From Candidatus Woesebacteria bacterium GW2011_GWC1_42_9 (GTDB lineage: Bacteria > Patescibacteriota > Microgenomatia > UBA8517), in NCBI GenBank assembly GCA_000995185.1, contig LCET01000003.1, positions 6,989 through 70,988 of the forward strand: a DNA stretch of 64,000 bases, read 5' to 3'. Positions within the stretch are counted from its first letter, which is position 1. Each line of letters begins with the position of its first letter. The translations under genes were made by a program, and so were the position numbers. The notes under the pieces are model-generated. The model had not been told where the DNA came from. It did not search any database and saw nothing but the letters and a program-made list of their open reading frames with translations. This document shows, in pieces, positions 55,440 through 64,000 of this stretch.

Positions 55440-56188
55440 CTGTAAAATTAAAATCAATATTACCGAAAAAATCGGGGAGATCGTGGGGTAGCGTTGTTGT
55501 CCGTCACCAGGGGGGAAGGCATAAAAGATTTTTGAGAAAGATCGATTTTTTGCGGGATAAACGTGATATTTGGGGTGTTGTTGAGGCGATTGAATATGAT
55601 CCAAATCGTAATGCCCGTATCGCAAAAATATTATATGAAGACGGAGAAAGGAGATATATCTTGTGCCCTGATGGTGTGAGTGTCTCACAGAGAGTAATTG
55701 CCTCTGAAGAGGCGCCACTAAACGCGGGGAATGCACTCCCGCTTTCCAAGATCCCTGCTGGGTCCGCGATACATAATATCGAAATTCGGCCAGGAAGGGG
55801 TGCGCAATTAGTTAAAAGCGCGGGGAGTGTTGCCCAGTTACAAGGTAAAGAAGATGAATATGTTCAAATTAAATTACCTTCAGGTGAGCTTAGAAGAATT
55901 AAATCCGAGTGTTATGTCACTTTGGGCCAGGTTAGTAATCCAGAGTTTAGGGCGAGAAGACTTGGAAAAGCTGGAATAGCAAGACGAATGGGGAGGCGAC
56001 CGACAGTTCGCGGAGTTGCGATGCACCCGGGGGCTCATCCTCATGGGGGTGGAGAAGGTAGAAGCGGAGTTGGATTAAAATACCCAAAGACATATACTGG
56101 GAGGCCTGCAGTGGGCAGAACAAGAAAAAAAGGGAAATATTCAGATAAAGCTATAATTACCAGGAGGAAGCCTGGAAAGCATAGTTAA
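55436..56188 (+). CDS. rplB: 50S ribosomal protein L2
   Basis: '...HQGGRHKR...', 'MHPGAHPHGGGEGRS' match L2. Confidence 0.95.
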   Translation: MTVKLKSILPKKSGRSWGSVVVRHQGGRHKRFLRKIDFLRDKRDIWGVVEAIEYDPNRNARIAKILYEDGERRYILCPDGVSVSQRVIASEEAPLNAGNALPLSKIPAGSAIHNIEIRPGRGAQLVKSAGSVAQLQGKEDEYVQIKLPSGELRRIKSECYVTLGQVSNPEFRARRLGKAGIARRMGRRPTVRGVAMHPGAHPHGGGEGRSGVGLKYPKTYTGRPAVGRTRKKGKYSDKAIITRRKPGKHS

Positions 56189-56191
56189 CAA

Positions 56192-56473
56192 ATGGCAAGA
56201 AGTAGTAGAAAAGGACCGTATGTTGATGAGCGCCTGATAAAAAAGGTGCGTTCTGGCGTGGGAGGCAAAAACAGCCCCATAAAGACGTGGTCGCGCGGGT
56301 GTGCAATTGCTCCTGAGTTTGTTGGGAAGTATTTCAAAGTACACAATGGCCGAATTTTTATAGATGTCTTTGTGACTGAGGATATGGTAGGGCACAAGCT
56401 TGGAGAGTTTGCACCAACAAGGACTTTTAGGGGGCATGGGCAAGTAGTAAAGAGAATAGTTGAAAAAACCTAG
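56192..56473 (+). CDS. rpsS: 30S ribosomal protein S19
   Basis: '[15 protein letters not shown]...[33 protein letters not shown]' matches S19. Confidence 0.95.
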   Translation: MARSSRKGPYVDERLIKKVRSGVGGKNSPIKTWSRGCAIAPEFVGKYFKVHNGRIFIDVFVTEDMVGHKLGEFAPTRTFRGHGQVVKRIVEKT

Positions 56474-56846
56474 TATGAAAGCAAACTCAGAACAGAAGTA
56501 TGTTAGAATAACACCTCGAAAGCTGAGGCTGGTTGTGGATTCTATTAGAAAACTTACACCAGAGCAAGCAATAGAAGTATTGCCGTTAATTAATAAGAGG
56601 GCAGCTGAGCCCCTCCTTAAGGCGGTCAAGTCGGCCGTGTCTAATGCAAAGAATAAAGGCATTGACTCGGCAGACCTGCGTTTTGTGGAAATTCAGATCA
56701 ATGAGGGCCCGAGAATTAAGCGGGGAAGGCCTGTGTCTCGAGGGCGATGGCACCCTGTTCTCAAGAGAATGAGCCATATAAAAGTTATCGTTGAAGCAAA
56801 GAAAGAAAAAGAAAAACAAAAGCGTAAAAATGGGACAAAAAATTAA
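56460..56846 (+). CDS. rplV: 50S ribosomal protein L22
   Basis: '...[19 protein letters not shown]...' matches L22. The start may instead be the ATG at 56475. Confidence 0.9.
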   Translation: MKKPSMKANSEQKYVRITPRKLRLVVDSIRKLTPEQAIEVLPLINKRAAEPLLKAVKSAVSNAKNKGIDSADLRFVEIQINEGPRIKRGRPVSRGRWHPVLKRMSHIKVIVEAKKEKEKQKRKNGTKN

Positions 56847-57483
56847 TCCAATTGGTTTTAGAGTAGGTAAATTTATTCCTTGGAAATCAAGGTGGTTTGT
56901 GGATGACAGATCCTACAAAGATATGCTGATTGAGGATATCAAAATCAGAAAGTTTTTGATGGAAAAATTGAAGGTTTCCGGGATAACTAGTGTAGAAATT
57001 GAGCGGCTTCCCAAAAGCATGGTCATTACAATGACTGTTTCCAGACCTGGAGTAGTCATTGGGCGGGGCGGGTCTGGGATTGAGGAAATAAAAAATGACA
57101 TCCTTAGGATTATTAAGAAGGTTCGAGGGAGTGCTCCTAAGACGCTTAAAATTGACTTACAAGTGCACGAGGTAAAAAATCCTGAGTTATCTGCTCAACT
57201 AGTTGCTAATAGAATAATCGGAGAACTTGAGCGCAGAATGCCTCATCGACGAGTTGTGGCCCGTACAATGGATCGCGTGATGCAGTCAGGAGCAAGCGGC
57301 ATAAAGATTGTACTAAGCGGGCGGATTGGGGGAGCTGAAATTTCTAGAGTTGAAAAATATAATCAAGGGTCTGTCCCAACACAGACCTTAAGGAGTGATA
57401 TAGATTATGCCCAAATGCCTGCACTTCTTAAAAGAGGATATGTCGGAGTGAAAGTTTGGATTCATAGACCTAGTGGAAACTGA
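56830..57483 (+). CDS. rpsC: 30S ribosomal protein S3
   Basis: '[13 protein letters not shown]...' matches S3 (KH plus C-terminal domain). Start placed at the internal Met of the ORF. Confidence 0.93.
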   Translation: MGQKINPIGFRVGKFIPWKSRWFVDDRSYKDMLIEDIKIRKFLMEKLKVSGITSVEIERLPKSMVITMTVSRPGVVIGRGGSGIEEIKNDILRIIKKVRGSAPKTLKIDLQVHEVKNPELSAQLVANRIIGELERRMPHRRVVARTMDRVMQSGASGIKIVLSGRIGGAEISRVEKYNQGSVPTQTLRSDIDYAQMPALLKRGYVGVKVWIHRPSGN

Positions 57484-57890
57484 TGTTGCAGCCTAAAAAA
57501 AGTAAATACAGAAAAAGTTTTCGGGGAAGAAGGAGAGGGATGTCGATGAGAGGATCTTCTCTGGAGTTTGGAGAGTACGGGTTAAAATCTCTTGGCAGAG
57601 CTTGGCTTTCTGCCGCTCAGATTGAAGCGGCCAGAAGAGCGATTTCAAATAGCCTGAAGAGAAAAGGGAAAGTATGGATCCGTGTTTTTCCGGATAAGCC
57701 GGTAACTGCAAGACCCGCCGGACAAAGAATGGGTGGAGGAAAGGGAGATGTTGATCGCTATGTCGCGGTTGTTAAACCTGGCAAAATCATTTTCGAAGTC
57801 GCCGGGATTAGTGAGGACGCGGCCCGGGAAGCTTTTAGGCGGGCATCAGATAAATTACCATTTAAGACGAGATATATAACTAAAGAATAA
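57483..57890 (+). CDS. rplP: 50S ribosomal protein L16
   Basis: '[19 protein letters not shown]...' matches L16. Confidence 0.95.
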   Translation: MLQPKKSKYRKSFRGRRRGMSMRGSSLEFGEYGLKSLGRAWLSAAQIEAARRAISNSLKRKGKVWIRVFPDKPVTARPAGQRMGGGKGDVDRYVAVVKPGKIIFEVAGISEDAAREAFRRASDKLPFKTRYITKE

Positions 57891-57892
57891 CC

Positions 57893-58096
57893 ATGAAAAA
57901 AAGAGATTTGGCGGAATTAAGGAAAAAAGATCAAAAGGAGCTGGGGGGTTTGGTAATCGCTAAAAATAAGGAAAGAGATATGTTTTTGGCGAAGATGTCG
58001 GTTGGCAAAGAAAGCAACACAAAGCAAGCAAAAGCCATTAAACGAGATATTGCTCAGATTATGACTATTTTGAGAGAGCAGCAAAAAAAGAAATGA
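57893..58096 (+). CDS. rpmC: 50S ribosomal protein L29
   Basis: 67 aa, 'LAELRKKDQKEL...', matches L29. Confidence 0.85.
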   Translation: MKKRDLAELRKKDQKELGGLVIAKNKERDMFLAKMSVGKESNTKQAKAIKRDIAQIMTILREQQKKK

Positions 58097-58332
58097 AAAT
58101 ATTTACAGGAACAGTAGTAGCAAAAAAGATGGATAAAACCGCAACAGTAGTGGTTGAGCGGTTTTTTGCCCATCCGGTTTATGAAAAACGAATTAGAAAA
58201 TCGAGGAAATATCATGTACACGATGAGGTTGGTTCAAAGCTGGGAGATATGGTGAGGTTTGTGACAACAAGACCAGTTAGTAAACTTAAAAAGTGGAAAA
58301 TAATTGAAATTTTAAAGAAAGAGAAGAAATAA
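58093..58332 (+). CDS. rpsQ: 30S ribosomal protein S17
   Basis: 'FTGTVVAKKMDKTATVVVER...' matches S17. Confidence 0.9.
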   Translation: MKIFTGTVVAKKMDKTATVVVERFFAHPVYEKRIRKSRKYHVHDEVGSKLGDMVRFVTTRPVSKLKKWKIIEILKKEKK

Positions 58333-58333
58333 A

Positions 58334-58699
58334 ATGGTACAGCTTAGAAGCAGATTAAATTTGGCGGATAATTCCGGAGCGAAACAATTAATGGTAATTG
58401 GTATTTCTGTAAAAATAGGGAAGAAAGCAACTCTTGGGCAGGTAGTGCAGTGTTCTGTTAAAGGTGCTGACCCAAACGGGACAGTGTCAAACAAGGAAAA
58501 GGTCAAAGCCGTAATTGTGCGTACAAAGAAAGAAGTCAGAAGGAAGGATGGCACTTATATCCGTTTTGACGACAATGCTGCCGTGATTATAGATAAACAG
58601 GGATTGCCATTAGGGACGAGGGTTTTGGGTCCGATTGCGAGAGAAGTTAAAGACGCAGGCTATACAAAGATCGCATCGCTTGCAAAGGAAGTTGTATAA
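58334..58699 (+). CDS. rplN: 50S ribosomal protein L14
   Basis: 'MVQLRSRLNLADNSGAKQLMVIG...' matches L14. Confidence 0.95.
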   Translation: MVQLRSRLNLADNSGAKQLMVIGISVKIGKKATLGQVVQCSVKGADPNGTVSNKEKVKAVIVRTKKEVRRKDGTYIRFDDNAAVIIDKQGLPLGTRVLGPIAREVKDAGYTKIASLAKEVV

Positions 58700-58702
58700 C
58701 AA

Positions 58703-59029
58703 ATGCTTAAATTTAAAGTTGGAGACAAAGTTAAAATAATTTCAGGGAAAGATAAAGGAAGGGATGGAGTAATTGAGAAAATTTTTCCCAAGAAAGGTAC
58801 TGCTCTGGTGCCTGGGGTAAATATGTATAAAAAACATATCAAAAAGGCTTTAGCCAAGGATAATAAGGGAGGGATTTATGAAATTCCAAGGCCGATAGAT
58901 GTCTCTAAATTAGTTATTATAGATCCGAAAACCAAAAAACCTACCCGGGTGGGTTTTAAAATTCAGGGAGGGAAAAAGCTTAGGTTTGCAAAAAAAGGCG
59001 GACATTTGCTAGACATTAAGGAAAAATGA
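58703..59029 (+). CDS. rplX: 50S ribosomal protein L24
   Basis: 'MLKFKVGDKVKIISGKDKGRDGVI' is a KOW motif, matching L24. Confidence 0.9.
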   Translation: MLKFKVGDKVKIISGKDKGRDGVIEKIFPKKGTALVPGVNMYKKHIKKALAKDNKGGIYEIPRPIDVSKLVIIDPKTKKPTRVGFKIQGGKKLRFAKKGGHLLDIKEK

Positions 59030-59583
59030 AGAAAAAGAATTTATTAAAAGATAAATATGAAAAGGAAGTGGTTAAGGGCATGATGAGTGAGTTTGGGACA
59101 AAAAACCGGCTTTCGGTGCCAAAAATTAACAAAGTTGTTGTTAACATGGGCATTAAAGATTTACATAAAGACAAGCAATTAAAAGAACAGTTGCAATTAG
59201 ATTTAGCCACCATAACTGGGCAGAAGCCAAAGGTCCAGCCGGCGAAGAAATCAATCGCTGGCTTTGGGATTAGGCAAGGAATGCCAGTTGGCTTGACAGT
59301 TACTTTGAGAGGGGAGCGAATGTATAGCTTTTTAGCGAAAGTAATTACGGCTGTACTTCCGCGATTAAGAGATTTTCGAGGTGTGCCAAGAAAAAGTTTC
59401 GATAAGGCTGGGAATTATACAATTGGTTTTTCTGAACATACTGTTTTTCCAGAATTAGATATTGCCAAGGTGGGTAAACCGCACGGTCTGGAGATGACAA
59501 TAGTTATTAATTCTGGTGATCCGAAAAAATCGTTTAAAATGCTTGAATTATTAGGTATGCCTTTTAGTAAGGAGGAGATTTAA
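59026..59583 (+). CDS. rplE: 50S ribosomal protein L5
   Basis: '...[17 protein letters not shown]...' matches L5. Confidence 0.93.
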   Translation: MKKKNLLKDKYEKEVVKGMMSEFGTKNRLSVPKINKVVVNMGIKDLHKDKQLKEQLQLDLATITGQKPKVQPAKKSIAGFGIRQGMPVGLTVTLRGERMYSFLAKVITAVLPRLRDFRGVPRKSFDKAGNYTIGFSEHTVFPELDIAKVGKPHGLEMTIVINSGDPKKSFKMLELLGMPFSKEEI

Positions 59584-59599
59584 AATCGGAAAAAGTAAA

Positions 59600-59785
59600 A
59601 TGGCGAAAAAGTCAAAAATAGTTAGAGAAACAAAAAAATTAAAGTATAAGACCAGATATCGAAATAGGTGTCGGATTTGTGGACGTCCAAGAGGATATAT
59701 GAGAAAATTCGGACTTTGTAGGCTCTGTTTTAGAGAATATGCACACAAAGGTGAAATTCCTGGTGTTAAAAAATCAAGTTGGTAA
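59600..59785 (+). CDS. rpsZ: 30S ribosomal protein S14 type Z (zinc-binding)
   Basis: 61 aa, '[23 protein letters not shown]'. Confidence 0.93.
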   Translation: MAKKSKIVRETKKLKYKTRYRNRCRICGRPRGYMRKFGLCRLCFREYAHKGEIPGVKKSSW

Positions 59786-60165
59786 ATATGATAAATTATC
59801 CGATCGGTGATTCATTAATTAGAATAAAAAATGCCGCGCTCGTTGGGAATCGAGAGGTGTCGCTTGAAGTGTCAAATTTTATTCATAAAACCGTCCTTGC
59901 CCTTAAAAGGGCGGGTTATTTGTCGAATGTGGTTAAGAATAAAGATGGTTTGCTGGTTGAGATTGCTTATCACAAAAAGAGCCCACTCTTGACAGATCTA
60001 AAAATATGGTCAAAGCCTGGCCAGAGAAAATATCTTGATGTTAAAGCCTTGTCCGGAAAGAAAGGTATATCTGTCTTTATCCTTTCAACCCCTTTGGGGA
60101 TTCTTAGTTCAAAGGAGGCTCTGAAGAAAAAAGTTGGCGGAGAAGTAATAGCGGAAATTTGGTGA
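59779..60165 (+). CDS. rpsH: 30S ribosomal protein S8
   Basis: '...[17 protein letters not shown]...' matches S8. Confidence 0.93.
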   Translation: MVNMINYPIGDSLIRIKNAALVGNREVSLEVSNFIHKTVLALKRAGYLSNVVKNKDGLLVEIAYHKKSPLLTDLKIWSKPGQRKYLDVKALSGKKGISVFILSTPLGILSSKEALKKKVGGEVIAEIW

Positions 60166-60166
60166 T

Positions 60167-60712
60167 ATGGCAAGATACGGTAGATTACCAGTCGAATTAT
60201 TAGAAGGCGTCAGTTTCGAACAAGCTAACGGAAAGGTTCAGATAAAAGGACCTAAAGGCACGCTTTTCAAAGAAATTCCCCATATGCTTGAGATTAAAGA
60301 GGAGGATGGGAAATTATTGGTCGTGGAGAAAAAAGAAACTAGGCAGGCAAAAGTCTTAAAGGGAACAATAAGATCTCACCTGCAAAATATGGTGAAAGGA
60401 GTAAGTGGGGGCTGGACCAAGGCGCTTGAGATTGAAGGCCCTGGATATCGAGCAGAAGTGAAAGACGATGATCTAGTGCTGTCAGTTGGGTTTTCTCATC
60501 CGGTTATCATAAAAGCTCCTCAGGATACCAAGTTTAAGGTTGAGAAGAATTTGATTACCATTGAAGGTATTGATAAAGAGGTGGTTGGTCAAGTTGCGGC
60601 AAGGATCCGCGATGTTCGGAAGCCGAATCCATATAAAGGAAGCGGGATTAGATATCAAGGTGAAGTGATAAGAAGAAAGCCTGGAAAGCAAGCCATTGGT
60701 GCATCTGAATAA
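60167..60712 (+). CDS. rplF: 50S ribosomal protein L6
   Basis: Two L6 repeats, '...[17 protein letters not shown]'. Confidence 0.93.
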   Translation: MARYGRLPVELLEGVSFEQANGKVQIKGPKGTLFKEIPHMLEIKEEDGKLLVVEKKETRQAKVLKGTIRSHLQNMVKGVSGGWTKALEIEGPGYRAEVKDDDLVLSVGFSHPVIIKAPQDTKFKVEKNLITIEGIDKEVVGQVAARIRDVRKPNPYKGSGIRYQGEVIRRKPGKQAIGASE

Positions 60713-60713
60713 A

Positions 60714-61022
60714 ATGTTAACAAAATTAAGATCAGTTCGAAAAAGACGAATAAGAGGAAAGATTAAAGGCACAAAAAATGTGCCTAGACTGTCTGTTTTT
60801 CGGTCGAACAAAAAGATTTATGCCCAGCTTATAGATGATAAGAAAAGTGTTACGCTGAGTTCAGCTTTTGGAGATGATCCAAAAAGTGTTGGAGAGGAAA
60901 TTGCAAAGAAAGCTTCTGGTAAAAAAATTCAAAAGGCGGTATTTGATAGAAGTGGGTATCAGTATCATGGTAAGGTGAAATTATTGGCCGATTCGGCAAG
61001 GAAAGCCGGCTTAAAAATATAA
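60714..61022 (+). CDS. rplR: 50S ribosomal protein L18
   Basis: '...[18 protein letters not shown]...' matches L18. Start placed at the Met immediately after the L6 stop codon. Confidence 0.9.
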   Translation: MLTKLRSVRKRRIRGKIKGTKNVPRLSVFRSNKKIYAQLIDDKKSVTLSSAFGDDPKSVGEEIAKKASGKKIQKAVFDRSGYQYHGKVKLLADSARKAGLKI

Positions 61023-61024
61023 TA

Positions 61025-61507
61025 ATGAGTGGATTTAATCAAAATATAGATAGTGAAAATAAGGAAATTGTGGTGGAGATCAAAAGGGTCTCCAAGAAGA
61101 CTAAGGGTGGAAATCAGATGAGGTTTACCGCGCTCGTGGTGGTAGGAGACGGGAATGGCAAGGTGGGTGCGGATCTTTCAAAGGGAGATGATGTGCGATC
61201 AGCGATCCAAAAGGCAATTGCTAAAGCAAAAAGCAAAATGGCCGAGGTTCCTTTATCTGGAAGGACTATCCCCTTTGAAATTAGAGCAAAGTACAATGCC
61301 GCTCGGGTCCTACTGAAGCCAGCGCCAGAAGGATCTGGGATCATTGCCGGTGGGCCAATGAGAGTAGTGTTGGAAGCCGCTGGAGTTCGCGATGTAGTTG
61401 GAAAGATCATGGGTACAAGAAGTAAAGTGACAAACGTCTATGCGACAATAAAAGCTCTTGAACTTATTAAAGATATTCAAAGAAAACAGAAAATAAAAAA
61501 TGGATAA
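61025..61507 (+). CDS. rpsE: 30S ribosomal protein S5
   Basis: '...RVSKKTKGGNQMRFTALVVVGDGNGKVG...' matches S5. Confidence 0.95.
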   Translation: MSGFNQNIDSENKEIVVEIKRVSKKTKGGNQMRFTALVVVGDGNGKVGADLSKGDDVRSAIQKAIAKAKSKMAEVPLSGRTIPFEIRAKYNAARVLLKPAPEGSGIIAGGPMRVVLEAAGVRDVVGKIMGTRSKVTNVYATIKALELIKDIQRKQKIKNG

Positions 61508-61937
61508 ACTCCCTAAAGTAAAAGAAAGAAGTAGTAAAAGAGTGGGACGGGGCTATGGAAGCGGTAAAGGCGGGCATACGTCAGGTAGGGGGCAAAAAGG
61601 ACAAAAGACCAGAAAAAAAATCCCCTTACTTTTTGAAGGGATAAAAGTAAAAAAGTCTCTTATAAAAAGATTGCCCCTTCAAAGAGGCAAAGGGAAATTA
61701 AAGCCGCAAAAAAAATCTATCGCTATGAAGATAGAGAGGCTAAATGTATTTAAGGCAGGTGAAAATATTACTCTGGAAAAATTAGTTAAATCTGGGATGG
61801 TAAGCCGGAAGAGAGCATTATTGGGAGTGAAGATAGTGGATGGGGGCAAATTAGCAAAAAAGTTGACTATCGAGCTGCCTGTAACCTCGGCTGCCGCTCG
61901 TAAGATTAAGAAAGCCGGAGGTACAATAGTTAAATGA
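61500..61937 (+). CDS. rplO: 50S ribosomal protein L15 (it directly follows S5; no L30 gene lies between them)
   Basis: '...RVGRGYGSGKGGHTSGRGQKGQK...' matches L15. Confidence 0.93.
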   Translation: MDKLPKVKERSSKRVGRGYGSGKGGHTSGRGQKGQKTRKKIPLLFEGIKVKKSLIKRLPLQRGKGKLKPQKKSIAMKIERLNVFKAGENITLEKLVKSGMVSRKRALLGVKIVDGGKLAKKLTIELPVTSAAARKIKKAGGTIVK

Positions 61938-63220
61938 TTGCTGAAATATTTGCATTTTTCTCAAGAAGTATAAACTCTCCAGACATTCGAAAGAAAATTG
62001 TAATCACAGGGCTTATTTTGGCGGCATACCGCTTCATTGGTCATATTCCAGCTGCTGGGCTCGACCGAAGCTCACTGCAGGCGCTTTTTGCGGGGAGTGC
62101 ACTTTTATCCCTCTTGGATGTGTTTTCTGGGGGAACCCTTGCCAATTTTTCAATTATGGCCCTAGGACTTGCCCCGTATATCAATGCCTCGATTATTATG
62201 CAGCTTTTTACTTTTGCCATTCCGCGGTTTGAAGAGTTGTCAAAAGAGGGTGAATATGGGCAAGAGAAGATAAATCAGTACACCAGGTTTTTGACGATTC
62301 CTTTGTCGCTTTTTCAGGGATTTGGAATTTATGTTTTATTAAACAATCAAAATATTATCCCAAGTCTCACGCCTTTTGGGGTGATGGCCTTGGCGATTAC
62401 CATGATGGCGGGGACAATGCTTGCTATTTGGCTTGGAGAATTAATTACTGAATATGGAGTTGGGAACGGGATTTCATTTTTAATTTTTGCGGGGATAATT
62501 GCACGCATGCCAGTCGTGATTGGTCGTTCTGCGGCCACAGTTCAATCAGAGAATGTGATGAGCATAATGGTATTTTTAATCGTTGCGATAGTAATCATTG
62601 GATTAATTGTTTTTGTAAATGAGGGCACAAGGCAAATACCAATTAGGCATGCTAGAGCGCGCGGGAGGGTTCAGGAAGGAAGCTCTGCTTCGTATCTTCC
62701 GTTGAGGGTAAATCAGGCCGGCGTCATTCCGATAATTTTTGCAGTTTCATTGGTTTTGATGCCTTCATTAGTGGGGCAGTTTTTGGCAGGTGTTGGTAAC
62801 CCAAAGGTTGCAAACATTGCCGTAAGAATTACGGAGCTTTTTAATCCGCAATCGGTGGTCTATAACGTATTTTACTTTTTCTTAGTTTTTGGTTTTACGT
62901 ATTTTTATACGGCGATAGTGTTTAATCCGGAAAAGATCGCTGAAAATTTACAAAAAGGCGGTAGTTTTATTCCAGGAATTCGCCCAGGGAGCCAGACTGT
63001 TTCATACCTTTCTTTTGTTTTGTCTAGAATAACGATGATAGGAGCGTTGTTTTTGGGTCTCATTGCAATACTCCCCTCTTTGATGTCCGGGATAATCGGA
63101 GTTTCCAATTTAGTGATTGGCGGCACGGGAATATTAATTGTGGTCTCGGTCGTACTTGAACTGACACGCGACATAGAAGCACAGCTTGTGATGAGAAAGT
63201 ATGAAGGGATATTAAGATGA
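61934..63220 (+). CDS. secY: Protein translocase subunit SecY
   Basis: 428 aa and 10 TM, with SecY motifs including 'GIMPY'-type and 'GTRQIPI...'. Confidence 0.95.
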   Translation: MIAEIFAFFSRSINSPDIRKKIVITGLILAAYRFIGHIPAAGLDRSSLQALFAGSALLSLLDVFSGGTLANFSIMALGLAPYINASIIMQLFTFAIPRFEELSKEGEYGQEKINQYTRFLTIPLSLFQGFGIYVLLNNQNIIPSLTPFGVMALAITMMAGTMLAIWLGELITEYGVGNGISFLIFAGIIARMPVVIGRSAATVQSENVMSIMVFLIVAIVIIGLIVFVNEGTRQIPIRHARARGRVQEGSSASYLPLRVNQAGVIPIIFAVSLVLMPSLVGQFLAGVGNPKVANIAVRITELFNPQSVVYNVFYFFLVFGFTYFYTAIVFNPEKIAENLQKGGSFIPGIRPGSQTVSYLSFVLSRITMIGALFLGLIAILPSLMSGIIGVSNLVIGGTGILIVVSVVLELTRDIEAQLVMRKYEGILR

Positions 63221-63861
63221 ATATAATTATTCTGGGGCCTCCAGGTTCAGGAAAAGGTACTCAAGCGGAGAAATTGGCCAAAAAGTTCAGTCTTTTTTAT
63301 TTTTCGTCAGGCACGTTAACTCGTGAATTATCAAAAAATGATCCGCGGATTAGAGCGATTATGGAAAAAGGGGGGCTTATCCCAAGCAAAGAAATGAGTG
63401 AGTATGTTTTATCTTATCTTGGTAAAAACTCACCTCAGGCTGACAATATCATTTTTGATGGGTACCCGCGCTTGGTGGATCAATACGATCTACTTAAGAA
63501 GTGGGTAGAGGGAAAAGGGAAAAAGATTGATTTGGCTATATTTTTGGAGGTTAGCGAGGCTCAAGTGATAAAGCGGATTTCATCAAGAAGAATGTGTGCA
63601 CAGTGTGGAGAGATTTATAACCTTGCAACGAATCTACCTTCAGGTGAAGTTTGCGATAAATGCGGAGGTAAATTAATCAGAAGAAAGGATGATTCTCCCG
63701 AGAGCGTGAAAGAGCGGCTCTTCTTGTATAAGAGCAGTATAGAAAAAGTAATCAAGAAATTAGATGAGGATGATCTGCTTCAAAGAGTAGATGGGGATAG
63801 AGAAATTAATGAGATCCAAAAAGATTTAGTAAAATTACTGGAATCATATGAAAGGAATTAG
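63217..63861 (+). CDS. adk: Adenylate kinase (zinc-lid type)
   Basis: 'IIILGPPGSGKGTQA' and a lid with 'CAQCGEIY...CDKCGGKLIRR'. Confidence 0.95.
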   Translation: MNIIILGPPGSGKGTQAEKLAKKFSLFYFSSGTLTRELSKNDPRIRAIMEKGGLIPSKEMSEYVLSYLGKNSPQADNIIFDGYPRLVDQYDLLKKWVEGKGKKIDLAIFLEVSEAQVIKRISSRRMCAQCGEIYNLATNLPSGEVCDKCGGKLIRRKDDSPESVKERLFLYKSSIEKVIKKLDEDDLLQRVDGDREINEIQKDLVKLLESYERN

Positions 63862-64000
63862 TTTAAAAACAGATCAAGAAATTGCAGTGATGAGGGAAGG
63901 GGGCAAGAAGCTTTCGGTGATTAAAAAAAAGCTTAAAGGAGAAGTTAAGCCTGGGGTTAGCTCTTTGGAGATAGAAAATCTTGCTACTAAACTTATTAAG
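63848..64000 (+). CDS. map: Methionine aminopeptidase type I, N-terminal part (3' end outside window)
   Basis: 'MKGISLKTDQEIAVMREGGKKLS...' matches the MetAP N-terminus. It overlaps adk by 14 nt. Confidence 0.8.
   Translation, partial: MKGISLKTDQEIAVMREGGKKLSVIKKKLKGEVKPGVSSLEIENLATKLIK

Noticed and set aside
1-64000. Search for CRISPR arrays, IS elements or transposases, integrases, rRNA and tRNA genes
   Set aside because: No direct-repeat/spacer arrays were found. No ORF has transposase or integrase motifs (DDE, tyrosine recombinase R-H-R-Y). No rRNA-like conserved blocks were found, and no cloverleaf candidates beyond the rejected one.

Overview
This 64-kb window comes from an AT-rich (about 40% GC) bacterium with a compact genome. 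It carries Gram-positive-like envelope genes: sortase with LPXTG substrates, LCP, FemAB, MurJ, MltG, and type IV pilus PilN/PilO. Several reduced features are typical of Candidate Phyla Radiation (Patescibacteria) genomes: no L30 gene in the spc cluster, a compact IF-2, AlaRS without a C-Ala domain, NusA without C-terminal repeats, and a DnaJ without a zinc finger.

Gene content in order:
- rmuC (partial) and a UvrD-helicase/Cas4-like nuclease fusion.
- Two tandem FemAB-family genes and a divergent PcrA/UvrD helicase.
- LCP and a large double GT-C glycosyltransferase.
- A minus-strand operon: rpsT, pilN, pilO, a small membrane protein, an LPXTG/FN3 surface protein, and two cysteine-rich surface proteins (locally GC-rich).
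- murJ, then a CIRCE-controlled hrcA-grpE-dnaK-(GT-C glycosyltransferase)-dnaJ operon.
- nusA-infB-(degenerate DHH-like)-rpsO-pnp-rnj.
- ftsK, alaS, an actin-fold membrane protein with a sortase, then ruvX and mltG.
- An rpoB-rpoC in-frame fusion followed by rpsL-rpsG-fusA-tuf.
- A nearly complete S10-spc ribosomal protein cluster, then secY-adk-map.

Most unusual observations:
- A PNPase ORF that continues in frame into a GC-rich UvrA-like P-loop fragment and a protease-less Lon-like AAA+ module.
- rpoB and rpoC fused in frame, with a -1 frame break in a TTT run just before the trigger loop of rpoC.
- FtsK with a RodZ-like HTH-TM C-terminal extension.
- A pilus/sortase/cysteine-rich surface protein operon.
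- A canonical CIRCE element overlapping the murJ stop codon and the hrcA promoter.
- An intrinsic-terminator-like hairpin 8 nt upstream of rplC inside the S10 cluster.
- Promoter-plus-hairpin leaders for rpoB, tuf and nusA.
- A structured intergenic region (3342-3669) ending in a strong terminator but containing no ORF.

No rRNA, tRNA, CRISPR array or recognisable transposase or integrase was found.
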